From Candidatus Bathyarchaeia archaeon (GTDB taxonomy: Archaea; Thermoproteota; Bathyarchaeia; Bathyarchaeales; Bathycorpusculaceae): DNA of 64,000 nt. How positions within the stretch are numbered: position 1 is the first letter of the stretch; the number at the start of each line of letters is the position of its first letter. Shown piece after piece: positions 19,247-29,142 of this stretch. Where the stretch lies: NCBI GenBank assembly GCA_038883655.1, contig JAVZLQ010000001.1, positions 288,001 to 352,000 of the forward strand, read 5' to 3'. A program made the position numbers and the translations under genes. The notes under the pieces were generated by a model, which ran no database searches, was not told the origin of the DNA, and was given only the letters and a program-made list of their open reading frames with translations.

Positions 19247-19699
19247 TTAGGTCAGTGGTGCCTGCTCCGAGAATGGACCTAGTGGCTGTTGCCCTGCTGA
19301 TGGTATGATTTTGAAGTAGTATACGGTTCCGGGATTCCATTCAAATGTTACAGTGAGTCTAACTATTTGCCCTGCGGGGAGTGGTTCTGGAAGCGATGGG
19401 GTTGTTGTTTGATTTTGTAGTGTTGCGGGTGATGTTCCTATGTAAACTTGGATTATTTGCGTATCTGATGTTCCAGAGTTTCCAACGTCAATATCTATTT
19501 TTTTGGTTCCCGCGTCTGTATAGAAGCGCACATTCGCCTTATACAGTACCACGCCTGCATGTTCGCCTGCCCTGCTCATGTATGTCATTATCCACGCGTA
19601 TGTCACGACTATTGCTGCTACTGCGATTACTATGAGTAAGAGTGTTGCGAGTATGGGCGATATGGCCTCTTTGGACTTTAACATTTTTTGTTTTGGCAT
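19247..19699 (-). CDS. Archaeal type IV pilin (probable major pilin)
   Basis: Class III signal peptide KSKEA|ISPILATLLLIVIAVAA; own promoter and GGTGA SD. Confidence 0.9.
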   Translation of the reverse strand: MPKQKMLKSKEAISPILATLLLIVIAVAAIVVTYAWIMTYMSRAGEHAGVVLYKANVRFYTDAGTKKIDIDVGNSGTSDTQIIQVYIGTSPATLQNQTTTPSLPEPLPAGQIVRLTVTFEWNPGTVYYFKIIPSAGQQPLGPFSEQAPLT

Positions 19700-19754
19700 G
19701 GTGTTTTCACCCATTTGCTGTTTAGGAAATCTAGCGATTACTTATTTAACTTGT

Positions 19755-19784
19755 ATGAACTTGAAATCAACATTCCAAATTAAT
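19755..19784 (-). promoter_or_regulatory. Imperfect inverted repeat abutting the pilin TATA box (putative operator)
   Basis: ATGAACTTGAAAT-N4-ATTCCAAATTAAT, 5 nt upstream of minus-strand TTAAATAA; related copies at 31695 and 47539. Confidence 0.5.
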
Positions 19785-19790
19785 TTGAGG

Positions 19791-21752
19791 CTAGTTTTCC
19801 GTAGTCACGGTTATTGTTGGTGGATATTCGACTAGAACCCACAATCCGCTGCCATTGTTTTTATAGATTGGCGTGTAGCTTGCTCCGTCAAAGGTTACTA
19901 CTGCGCCGTACCATGTTACGTCTAGAGCGTATGTGAAGTTGGCTGGAGCGTTTAGGGTTTGGGCTACTGGAAGTAGCTCAATCAATCGCGAAGTAGAGTT
20001 TGCGTAGAGGGCTCCAGTGTTGTTTCCAGCTATTGAGTCAAAACGGTACAACATCATGTTTGCGCTGTCTGTGAACATTATTCCAAATCCTCTTGTTGCG
20101 CTTACGTTAATTTGGCTCCAGTGGTGCTGCCAAACGCCAGACATGTTATAGAACAAGCCTGACCCGCTGTAAACGGATGTACCATCTTCTGTCAACGCGG
20201 AAAAATTGCCAGATGACGTTGTTGTTATTCTAATTGGGCATAGATCCGTGATGTTTCTTTTTTGTTGTGAGTCTAGAAACATTAAGCGTAATTGGTAAGT
20301 GTAGTACGTGGCGTTTGCAGGAAGCGTCAAAACAATGTGCGCATAGACGTTTGGACACAGACCACCAGCGACGCCACCTCCATCCCATTCAACTTCATGT
20401 TGCAGAACCACCCTAACTGGACCGTTTGTAATTGCGTACATGGGTTCTGAATGTCCATAATGTGCATAATCTTGGTTGATTCGCATGAATACCGCGGTAG
20501 CCGTGAACCCTCCTCTGGTTGATATTACACTGAATCTATTGTTGTCGCTGAAACTTATTCTTAGGTTTAAGATTGTGTTTGTTAAAGTTCTTTGGCTGGA
20601 ATCAGTGTTGACTGTGAAATATCTGTTTGTGTAGGCGTTTGGTGTTTGGGTTGCTGTGTCGCTTCCGTTCCACCATATTATAACTTTTGTGACATTTGGG
20701 TTTACTAGGAAGACTAGCATGTTTCTGTTGTTGAAAATGCTAGCGTTGTTTGCTAGGCTTAGAGGCACCATATAGTCTGAAGCCCAATCTTCAATTTGGA
20801 ATGGCACTTCTTGGTTTACGCCGTTTATGGTTTGGTTGACACGTATTGCCTTTAGTGGTATTGGTGGAATAGGTTTAGCTTGTGTTGTTAATTGTAGGTT
20901 TTGTCCAAGCCATCGCATTGTGCCATTCTGCAATAGCTCCACGACTATTGTTGCGTCCACGGCGTTCTTTAGTGATTGGTAAATTGTTTCATTCCAGTTT
21001 ATTTCGCATATGTAGCGACTGAATGATGCGGCTACCACTACTAAGCCTCTTGGGTCTTGCACTTGCACGACATATGAGTATGGGTCTATTTCTGAAAGCC
21101 TGGGGTCGGTCATGTTGATTAAGTATGTGCCATTTGCGTAAGCCTCTATGCTTGTATCATAGAGTGGGCTTACTGGCATCCATGTGGAGTTTTCGTAGAT
21201 GTAACGGTAAAATTTGAAGTTGTCCTTTCCAAGGTTTATGACCGCTTCGCCCTCATCCTTTTTGACCATAATCACCGCTTGATTATTGGCTGTGGTGTTT
21301 CCAATTTCCACCATGAGCTTGCACGAGGTGTCATAACTTATTCCGTAAATTCCCAATCCAGTTAGGCTATAGTTTACTTTTAGATATGCTGTGCTATAAC
21401 TTGAGTTTGTAAACCAATACGTTGTCATGTTTATGTTGTCTACCTTGAATGAGGCGCCCCATTCTGGATGCATGTTTGCTATGTGGGCTAGACCACTTTG
21501 GAAATATCCCAGCGCCAAATCCCTCGCGTAAGTGTTGTTTCCAGTAACCTGCAAAACCGAACCATAATAGCCAACAGTGAAGCCCAGAACCTGTTTTAAG
21601 GCAACAATTGTTTCATCGATAGCGCTTAATATTTGGGCTTCATTTTGCACTGGACTGTTGCGAATAGACGAATAAGTCATTATAACAGTGGCTATGAGGA
21701 TTACAGCCACAAACAACGCAGCAATAATTGTGAACTGTCCCTTGTTGTTCAT
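19791..21752 (-). CDS. Large pilin-like protein (minor pilin/adhesin)
   Basis: MNNKG|QFTIIAALFVAVIL class III signal; start reassigned to ATG 21752 behind GGAGG; many N-x-S/T sequons. Confidence 0.8.
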   Translation of the reverse strand: MNNKGQFTIIAALFVAVILIATVIMTYSSIRNSPVQNEAQILSAIDETIVALKQVLGFTVGYYGSVLQVTGNNTYARDLALGYFQSGLAHIANMHPEWGASFKVDNINMTTYWFTNSSYSTAYLKVNYSLTGLGIYGISYDTSCKLMVEIGNTTANNQAVIMVKKDEGEAVINLGKDNFKFYRYIYENSTWMPVSPLYDTSIEAYANGTYLINMTDPRLSEIDPYSYVVQVQDPRGLVVVAASFSRYICEINWNETIYQSLKNAVDATIVVELLQNGTMRWLGQNLQLTTQAKPIPPIPLKAIRVNQTINGVNQEVPFQIEDWASDYMVPLSLANNASIFNNRNMLVFLVNPNVTKVIIWWNGSDTATQTPNAYTNRYFTVNTDSSQRTLTNTILNLRISFSDNNRFSVISTRGGFTATAVFMRINQDYAHYGHSEPMYAITNGPVRVVLQHEVEWDGGGVAGGLCPNVYAHIVLTLPANATYYTYQLRLMFLDSQQKRNITDLCPIRITTTSSGNFSALTEDGTSVYSGSGLFYNMSGVWQHHWSQINVSATRGFGIMFTDSANMMLYRFDSIAGNNTGALYANSTSRLIELLPVAQTLNAPANFTYALDVTWYGAVVTFDGASYTPIYKNNGSGLWVLVEYPPTITVTTEN

Positions 21753-21753
21753 G

Positions 21754-23118
21754 TTAAATTCCTCCAGTTTGCCCAAGCTGCAAAACAACAAGCCTAGTCG
21801 CGTTAGCAGCCGTATACTGCAAAGGATAAAGCCTAGGCTTATAATAAGAAAGGAGACCGAGCGCTGTGAGTCTGATGTCCGGCGTTCTTGTCAGACCTAA
21901 CGCCATTAAAGAACCTGTTATGTTCACGCCCTCTTTGTGCAAATACATGGCTCCGGGACTATAAAGAATATTGTTTTTAGTAGCGTTGTTAAATATGCAT
22001 AGTCCAATCGATAAGCCATAATCTATTGTTAAAACAGTTAATTTTAATGCCCTCGTTGAGGTTTGACTAATAGCGGGATATATTCCGTAGTAATTGCAAG
22101 AATCTAAAACTTGTGTGGCTAGAGTTACAAGCCCGACATTTTCAATAATTCCTGTACTGTTATATTGGTAAGGTTTACCACTTAATCCCTGCAAGAAAGC
22201 AATTATTCCGCCCTGATAGACTTTTTGCATTCCATAGATACCATATGTGTTTTCTTCATTAAGAAAGACTTCCATGTTACTCACATAATACAATGGGTAT
22301 CCAACGATGCTAACCCATGTCCAATTAAATTGGCGTGTTTTTTGCCCAAGGGTATAACAATAACGGGTATAATTAATTGTCATACCGACTGCGGGGTCAT
22401 AGTACGGCGCGTAACCTTCATTTTGTCGTTCATGACCTTGGCAGTATTCTGTTGGTATTGGTACTGCTTCTCCGAAAGTGTTTATGACCACCGCGTTTTG
22501 TACTGTTTCGCCCTCGATTGATGTACCATTCAGTATCTTTCCCAAGTCTGTTGTGTTTTGTACCATTATTGTTGTTTTGAAGTATGGTGATAGCAAATTG
22601 TACAAGTCCTGTGCTAAGGTGTGCGCCGTGTAGCCTGTAATCCACCATCCGCGTGCGTCGCTGCAATTCAATATATATAGGGTTCCTCCGACTCCGCTTT
22701 CCCCAATCTTTTCTGGAATAAACTTGAAAGTAACATTCGACGAAGCAACAAGATACGACGACGCGTCAGAGCCTATACCCAAACTTTCAGCATTCGAAAT
22801 CGACTTTTTAAGCGAATAAAGCTGGGTTCCACCATCCGTCAAAATCGCATAAACAGTCAAATTATAAACAATGTTAGGAGGCAAACAAGCAGAAAGCGCA
22901 ACTTGGAGGTCACCCCAAGCCGGATCGTTTGGATCTAAAAAGACTATCCTACTCAAATCGTAGTTAACATCCAAAATCTCAAGAGTCGTGGCAGCAAGCA
23001 TCCTAAGGTTTTGCGGCGAAACCCGCCTTGGCACTGGAAGAACAGCGAAAAAAGAGGAAATAGTAAAAGCCCCAGCAATAATAACTATCACAAGCAAAAC
23101 CTCAACTGTGCGCATCAT
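21754..23118 (-). CDS. Pilin-like protein without a basic leader
   Basis: N-terminus MMRTVEVLLVIVII (acidic residue then hydrophobic helix); within the pilus operon. Confidence 0.7.
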   Translation of the reverse strand: MMRTVEVLLVIVIIAGAFTISSFFAVLPVPRRVSPQNLRMLAATTLEILDVNYDLSRIVFLDPNDPAWGDLQVALSACLPPNIVYNLTVYAILTDGGTQLYSLKKSISNAESLGIGSDASSYLVASSNVTFKFIPEKIGESGVGGTLYILNCSDARGWWITGYTAHTLAQDLYNLLSPYFKTTIMVQNTTDLGKILNGTSIEGETVQNAVVINTFGEAVPIPTEYCQGHERQNEGYAPYYDPAVGMTINYTRYCYTLGQKTRQFNWTWVSIVGYPLYYVSNMEVFLNEENTYGIYGMQKVYQGGIIAFLQGLSGKPYQYNSTGIIENVGLVTLATQVLDSCNYYGIYPAISQTSTRALKLTVLTIDYGLSIGLCIFNNATKNNILYSPGAMYLHKEGVNITGSLMALGLTRTPDIRLTALGLLSYYKPRLYPLQYTAANATRLVVLQLGQTGGI

Positions 23119-23121
23119 CGC

Positions 23122-24375
23122 CTAACCCACCACCTGAAAACCACCCAAACTCCACAACTCAAGCTTAGCCTGGTAGGCGATGTTACTAACCATTACCTGA
23201 CGAATGTCTGTGACAACCCATTCTTTTCCAGAAGAATCCTCACCGAAAACAACAGGAAAAGACAGTGCACTTAAACCCCAAGGCATCAAAACAACACCAG
23301 AATCTTTCGGGTTTGCACTTTTCCTATAAGTAACAACTAGAATGCCTGGGTTGTATGTGGGTATTGTAATTCTCTCGTATGTATGCGGATCATTGCCATA
23401 GTTTAATAGTCCCACTCTTCCTGCACCTAATGGTATTTCACGTAACGCGAAATCTTCCGTTAACAACACAAAAGTAGCATTGTATGTGATGGCTGCAGGG
23501 TTATCTCCTCCATGGACATCCCAACTATGTGCAAGCAAAACCTCCCCACTGCCATTACCAAAATTGGAAATGAATGGAACTACATAGTTCTCCTTGTATA
23601 ACACGTGTTCATAATAGCCAGTTCCGATTAATCCGCAATGACGGACGTAAACAATCAATACGTATGACTCTTTTGTTTCGTCAACTGTGGGGAAACTTAA
23701 TGAAGCTGAACCTTTCGCGTCCGTAACAGCGCTTCCGTATCTTGTGATAAACGCTGGATAATTTTGCTCTCCTCCGGTGGGTAAGACGGTAATTAGACAG
23801 TAACTTACAATTGCATTTGGAAGCGGAAAACCTGCTCCTTTTACATCCACGGATAACATTAGAGGTTTAGACTGTAGTTTTGAAATGGAGACTGTTACGA
23901 TGGGCATGATGGTTAACCGGAAACCATAAGTTCCATTTATCCCAAGTAAACGCGTTACAAAGGAATAGTTAATCGCTTCGCTTGATGGAACAAATAAGAA
24001 ATTACCAAACCCAATCGTTATGTTGCTATAATACTCCCCCGTTTTCGGATAATAAACGGGCATTCCATATAAAGACCACAACCTCATAAGCGAAAATGGA
24101 CTTAGTTTATACTGCGCAAATGTGGGAGACTGCCTAACGATCGGGTCTTGTAAACCGAATCCGTATGGTGTGCAGTTGCTTGTTCCCCAATCATCGGGAA
24201 TGCCGGGGCTTAGAAGAATATTATCTAGTAGGTCGCTACATTTTGTCGCCAGATACCTGTGCTGCTGGTATAGGACTGCGGTTTGGATTGTTTGGTTGAA
24301 TAGGCTTATGAAGAGCAGTATAGCGCCTAAGAAAACCATGGTGGCAACCAAATGATCTATTGTCGAGCCCGTCAT
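23122..24375 (-). CDS. Pilin-like protein without a basic leader
   Basis: N-terminus MTGSTIDHLVATMVFLGAILL; LL.SPG.P.DWG segment reminiscent of archaeal minor pilins; operon context. Confidence 0.7.
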   Translation of the reverse strand: MTGSTIDHLVATMVFLGAILLFISLFNQTIQTAVLYQQHRYLATKCSDLLDNILLSPGIPDDWGTSNCTPYGFGLQDPIVRQSPTFAQYKLSPFSLMRLWSLYGMPVYYPKTGEYYSNITIGFGNFLFVPSSEAINYSFVTRLLGINGTYGFRLTIMPIVTVSISKLQSKPLMLSVDVKGAGFPLPNAIVSYCLITVLPTGGEQNYPAFITRYGSAVTDAKGSASLSFPTVDETKESYVLIVYVRHCGLIGTGYYEHVLYKENYVVPFISNFGNGSGEVLLAHSWDVHGGDNPAAITYNATFVLLTEDFALREIPLGAGRVGLLNYGNDPHTYERITIPTYNPGILVVTYRKSANPKDSGVVLMPWGLSALSFPVVFGEDSSGKEWVVTDIRQVMVSNIAYQAKLELWSLGGFQVVG

Positions 24376-24391
24376 AATACCATCATCCCTA

Positions 24392-24883
24392 TCAACCCGT
24401 GAAAGAAAGCCTTATCATAACGTTCTCTTCGCTCACGATTTTTTCCGCTTTTATTCCAGCATTCAGCGAATTGCTCACAAAAGTGGAGTTTTGCCACTCA
24501 ACATTGTTTCCCAAAACAACCATAATGTGCGTGGTGACTCCAAAATTCTGCAGAGTTAACGTTATCTCTAAGATCTTGCTTGAACCTAGGGCTGGATCCA
24601 ACGCTGTTCTTAATGTCGCATTTCCAATGTACGGAAAATTATCTATTAATGGTGGAACAGGCGACTTAAGTGTAACCGTTCCAGCCAGTATCTCTTCTTC
24701 GTTTAAGGTGAAGTATAACTGCTGGATTGTGCTTCCCAAGTGGCTTGCAGCATCCTGAAGCGCAATAGTCCTACGATTATCTGTCCACATATTCATAATC
24801 CAGTTTGTTGTTAATGGAAAAAGTAGAATCTGCAAAATCAAAACTGGAACCATTATAACATATTCTATTGCTATATGCGCCAT
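24392..24883 (-). CDS. Small pilin-like protein without a basic leader
   Basis: N-terminus MAHIAIEYVIMVPVLIL (pilin-type EY); GGTGA SD; operon context. Confidence 0.7.
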   Translation of the reverse strand: MAHIAIEYVIMVPVLILQILLFPLTTNWIMNMWTDNRRTIALQDAASHLGSTIQQLYFTLNEEEILAGTVTLKSPVPPLIDNFPYIGNATLRTALDPALGSSKILEITLTLQNFGVTTHIMVVLGNNVEWQNSTFVSNSLNAGIKAEKIVSEENVMIRLSFTG

Positions 24884-24895
24884 ACAGCAATCACC

Positions 24896-25756
24896 CTAAC
24901 CATGCAAACCTAAATTCACGAGTACCTCCGCGATGTAAACCTCAACAACGGAGCCATCCCGTACATCATAAACCGCCGAATCGCTTTCAAAATTGAAGAA
25001 GTCAGAAGTAAAACCCAACGCAGCATTCGGAAATGTGACATTTACCCTAACCGCGTCGACATTCGTTTCGGCTATTCTGTAAACATTTTGTCCAGTAATC
25101 GTTATGGATTGTGAGTTACGTGGACTCTGCCCAACTATCAATACGGGCAGATAAATTTTGACATAGTTGGTTGTGTTTGAACCAATTGTTACGGTTGAAT
25201 TCAGCACTCTTATTATTGGCGCAACAACAATCCTTACATAATCTCCATCGGGCATAAGCAATTTCTCAACAATAAAAACTCGGGTAACAGGCGCTGATGT
25301 TCCATTCAAAAGGAAGGAGCCATTCCCGGATGGGGATATCAACTCGAAATACTCATTGCTAAACGAATATCTACTTGCTGGCATGTTAAAAGTAATGATT
25401 CCCGTTAATTTAGTCGCCAAAAGCTTCCACGTTGAACCCATTTTTGCTTCGATGCTATAGTTAAGTGCAACATCGAACTTTACAAAACCATACTTGCTTG
25501 CATAACGAAGTGTTTGCGTTCGTCCAACAGTCCAGGCGACATCATCCACCTGAAGTCCAACTGTTTGCATGAACTGCTTTATAGCGTTAAACTCGTTTTC
25601 AGCAAGTCGAGCCGTAAGGAAGTTGTTTGCAAAAACTGTTGTCACAAGAAGTAAAACTACAATAGCGCCTGTCAATATTACAGTTGAAATAGCTGGGCTA
25701 ACTGCTTTTTTGTCCTTTTCCATTCTGGAATTGAGCGAAATTCGATTTTTCTTCAT
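24896..25756 (-). CDS. Type IV pilin-like protein
   Basis: KDKKA|VSPAISTVILTGAIVVLL class III signal peptide. Confidence 0.82.
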   Translation of the reverse strand: MKKNRISLNSRMEKDKKAVSPAISTVILTGAIVVLLLVTTVFANNFLTARLAENEFNAIKQFMQTVGLQVDDVAWTVGRTQTLRYASKYGFVKFDVALNYSIEAKMGSTWKLLATKLTGIITFNMPASRYSFSNEYFELISPSGNGSFLLNGTSAPVTRVFIVEKLLMPDGDYVRIVVAPIIRVLNSTVTIGSNTTNYVKIYLPVLIVGQSPRNSQSITITGQNVYRIAETNVDAVRVNVTFPNAALGFTSDFFNFESDSAVYDVRDGSVVEVYIAEVLVNLGLHG

Positions 25757-25764
25757 TTCTCCCC

Positions 25765-27471
25765 CTATCCAAATTTTATGAACATAGGTACTAGCTGCGC
25801 AGCCAAAGCAGCTATAACAACGAGAATCGCCGCGTGTTTGAATCCGGCAGCAATGGATTCCTCGCTTATTTTACCTCCAACTAAACCTATCAGGTAGCTG
25901 TGGAAAATGGCAGAAGTGGTAAATAGAATTCTCATTTGGTTTAGGCTTGCTTCATCTGTTTTGTTTATTTCTGCTACACTTATGGTGCCACGAGTGAAAC
26001 CTAGCATCATTGTTGTTGTTGCAACAAGCAAGATCGCGGAGAAGTAGGGCATGAGTATATATGGGCGCACAGCCATCTTCTTCTCCTTCTCAACTTCCTG
26101 TGTCAAGTTGTTAAATCTAGCTAAAGATTCGATCATTGCAATGGTTCCGCCGCCAACGTCTATGGTTTCAACAAGCAAGTACATGACTATCTGAGTCATC
26201 CAGCTTCGCACACGCTTGACAAAATCCATAATAACTTTCCTAACTGGCACGCCCCAAGAAAGCTCGGAGCTTATCTTGCGCAGTTCTTTTGTAAACTCTC
26301 CGTAATCGCGTTTTGAGAGGCTCTCAATGCACTTTTCTGGTGATAATCCAGTCTTCCTAACCTCTGTCAAGTCTCTCAGAAAGCTGTTAATGCCCTGTTC
26401 GATGCTGGTTCTTTTTTGCGAGAGCCTACTATGTACGATTGCGGCTGGTGCTGTTGCCACGAAGAGGGCTATAGCGACGGCTGTTGGCAACTCTATGATT
26501 GATTGGATAGAGCTGAGGAATGGGATTTCCACGTATCCCATGAAGTTAGTTAATAGTAAAAATACTGCAATGGCTATTGCACTGCAAACCCCAAAAACTT
26601 TGTATGGGCGTGTTTCAACAACTGGCGTTTTGGGCTGCATGCTGTGTGCTAGGTATATGAAGACAAATGAAAGCATTGGCGTAAACAAGTATGTGTATAA
26701 GATTATTCCAGAGCCCATGGATATGCCAGTTGAGTACATGGACTCTACGCTGAACAGTATGTAGAAGCAGAGCGACATCAAAACCATCACGATTATGAAT
26801 GTCTCTAAAAGCATTCCAAGTCTTTCAGCCGCTGCTTTAACGCGCATGGCTCTGGTCTTAAAAATGTCTTCAGCCTTTCTTTCCAGAAAATGTCCAATAT
26901 CACCGCCTATAATCACCGTGGAGGCGTAACCCGAAAGGAAATCTTTGAAAATATCAAGTGGGTTTTTCTTTGCTGCATTTTCTATAGCTGTTAGCGGGTC
27001 TATGCCAAAAATCTCCACATCCTTCATTATCTCTTTCGCTTCGCTTCTCATGGCGGGCATCAGTTCAACTTCAGCAAGTCGCTTAAAACTTGTGTATGGG
27101 GCTATGCCACCAGAAGCCATAACACTAATGTACGCAGCTGCGAAGGGCATCTCCCTCTCAAGGTTCGCCGCTCGATCACTCGCCTTTGACATTGGTATTA
27201 GAATGAATCCTATCATTATGTAGAACGGCATCGGAATTAGGAAAATTACTGGCAAGAAGCCATAAAAGTACAGTATTATGAGGGAGACTATTGAAATTGG
27301 GATTGTTAGAACTGCTAGGAAAAACATCAGTGAAACGTAGGTTTCTGGGTAAATTTTGATTCTAGCCTTTTCCAAATAGTCCTTAAATTCGAAGACATTT
27401 TTTAGAAAAGATGGCGCTATCCTCCCGAATATTCGGAAGGACCATGCTTCAAGAGTTCTTAGAAGTTGCAA
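25765..27471 (-). CDS. Type IV pilus membrane platform protein (TadC/T2SS-F, two repeats)
   Basis: Two T2SSF-like cytoplasmic repeats (EMPFAAAYISVMASGG; SFLRDLTEVRKTGLS) separated by TM helices. Confidence 0.93.
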   Translation of the reverse strand: MQLLRTLEAWSFRIFGRIAPSFLKNVFEFKDYLEKARIKIYPETYVSLMFFLAVLTIPISIVSLIILYFYGFLPVIFLIPMPFYIMIGFILIPMSKASDRAANLEREMPFAAAYISVMASGGIAPYTSFKRLAEVELMPAMRSEAKEIMKDVEIFGIDPLTAIENAAKKNPLDIFKDFLSGYASTVIIGGDIGHFLERKAEDIFKTRAMRVKAAAERLGMLLETFIIVMVLMSLCFYILFSVESMYSTGISMGSGIILYTYLFTPMLSFVFIYLAHSMQPKTPVVETRPYKVFGVCSAIAIAVFLLLTNFMGYVEIPFLSSIQSIIELPTAVAIALFVATAPAAIVHSRLSQKRTSIEQGINSFLRDLTEVRKTGLSPEKCIESLSKRDYGEFTKELRKISSELSWGVPVRKVIMDFVKRVRSWMTQIVMYLLVETIDVGGGTIAMIESLARFNNLTQEVEKEKKMAVRPYILMPYFSAILLVATTTMMLGFTRGTISVAEINKTDEASLNQMRILFTTSAIFHSYLIGLVGGKISEESIAAGFKHAAILVVIAALAAQLVPMFIKFG

Positions 27472-29077
27472 TTGCTTTCACCTCTTCTCCAGCAACAACC
27501 TTCTCGTAGAACTGTTTTGGTCTAGCGTAGTACTCCGCAATAATTGCGGCTACATCCTTGTAGCTTCTTATGTTGCGCTCTCTCATCCAATGCAGCACGT
27601 CTTTGCGTCTGTTTATTTCCTCGAGAATTTCCTTCTTTGTTAAGCCCGTTTTCTCTGAGATTGCGGAAAGCATTATGCTTTTGTCGAAAGCTGGCATGTG
27701 GCAGTCCTTCACTGGGTGCCATTTGAATACGCACTTGTAATCGTTGTAGTCTGCAATTTCATTAACGTTCATGACACGTCTATACGCCTTCTTCTCCGCG
27801 CCTTTGATTAGGTGGACACGTTGAATTGACAAAACAATATTCATCAGGGGTATGTAAGCTGGCGAAATGTCCATGGGCTTTTGTGTTAAACGCTTTATTG
27901 CCGAGTCAAGGTTCTCAGCGTGCATTGTGCACATGCCACCGTGTCCAGTGGCTAACGCCTGGAAAAGCACGTAGGCTTCTTGTCCCCTAACCTCTCCAAC
28001 TATGAGTATGTCTGGTCTATGCCTCATGGACGTCTTAACAAGGTCGAAAAGCGTAACTTCGCCCACGGTGCTTCCGCCAAGTCCATAACTTTGTCTAGCA
28101 ATAAGCGAAACCCAGTTTTCATGAGGCAGATTAAGTTCGGCTGTTTCCTCTATAGTGATTATCTTGCTTCCAGGCTTAATTAAGCATGCCAAAGCATTAA
28201 GGGCTGTTGTTTTTCCAGCCGCTGTTCCACCCAAAACCATTATTGAGGATCGATGTTCCAAGCATAACCAGAAATAGGCAGCCATCTCCTCTGAGAACGT
28301 GCCCAAATTTATCAGGTCTACTATTGAGTATGGGTCTTCCCTGAACTTTCTGATTGTGAATGCTGTTCCGAAAGGTGTGACCTCGCGTCTGTAACACACT
28401 GCGAGCCTATGCTTGCCTGGTAGTGAAGCATCCACCACTGGGAAGGCTGAGCTTACATGTTTTCCAGCCATGTGGACGAGTTTTACAACCATGTTGTCTA
28501 ATTCTTCGTCGTTTTCAAACTCAACGTTTGTTTCTATGCTTTCGTAGTTTCTATGCCAAACGTAAACCGGCTTGTTAACGCCGTCGCATGAAATGTCCTC
28601 AATGTTTGGGTCCCGCATGAACGGGTCTATTCTGCCGAAGCCCACAAGGTCCCTTTCAGCGTGATATAGAATTTTGTACCATGAAACATCTGGCAGCCAG
28701 CCCAAGCTTATGCGGTACTTGTCAACAATTTTTTTTGCTTCTTCTGCGAAGAACCTTCTCGGGTCGGCGATTTCCTCTTTTGGCGACTCTATTTCAGCTA
28801 GGAGAATCTCCAGTATGCGGTTGTAAACGCTTCTTTCTAGCTGGTCTAGCTGCAACTCGTCTAGGATGTACTTGTACTCTCCAGTTTTTGGATTCTGCAC
28901 GATTGCGGCATGGGCGAACGGTTCGTAAAGCGGATATTTTTCGACAACTTTAAATCCGCGTGGGACTGGTTTTGGCGGAGGTGGTGGCACAACTACCTGT
29001 GCGCGCTTTTTAAAGGCGAATTTTATTCGCACTTTCTTTAGTTTTGTTAAAGTCTTTTTGAGTTGTAGTTTTGGCAT
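27449..29077 (-). CDS. Type IV pilus assembly ATPase (TadA/CpaF/VirB11 family)
   Basis: DPNIEDISCDG, TIRKF, GGTAAGKTT, TIEETAEL, RHRPD...VGEVRG, TGH...TMHA. Confidence 0.96.
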   Translation of the reverse strand: MPKLQLKKTLTKLKKVRIKFAFKKRAQVVVPPPPPKPVPRGFKVVEKYPLYEPFAHAAIVQNPKTGEYKYILDELQLDQLERSVYNRILEILLAEIESPKEEIADPRRFFAEEAKKIVDKYRISLGWLPDVSWYKILYHAERDLVGFGRIDPFMRDPNIEDISCDGVNKPVYVWHRNYESIETNVEFENDEELDNMVVKLVHMAGKHVSSAFPVVDASLPGKHRLAVCYRREVTPFGTAFTIRKFREDPYSIVDLINLGTFSEEMAAYFWLCLEHRSSIMVLGGTAAGKTTALNALACLIKPGSKIITIEETAELNLPHENWVSLIARQSYGLGGSTVGEVTLFDLVKTSMRHRPDILIVGEVRGQEAYVLFQALATGHGGMCTMHAENLDSAIKRLTQKPMDISPAYIPLMNIVLSIQRVHLIKGAEKKAYRRVMNVNEIADYNDYKCVFKWHPVKDCHMPAFDKSIMLSAISEKTGLTKKEILEEINRRKDVLHWMRERNIRSYKDVAAIIAEYYARPKQFYEKVVAGEEVKAIATSKNS

Positions 29078-29142
29078 CGGCTTTTCTCCTATTCAGTATC
29101 TGATATATGTACGGTCTATTAAATATTACGTCTTGCTAAACA

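Noticed and set aside
23119-24898. Two in-frame TAG junctions between pilin-like genes (23122-24 and 24896-98) suggesting pyrrolysine readthrough
   Set aside because: In-frame spacing has a 1-in-3 chance each. The downstream genes have their own starts and hydrophobic N-termini, TAG is a common stop here, and no pyl genes are in the window.
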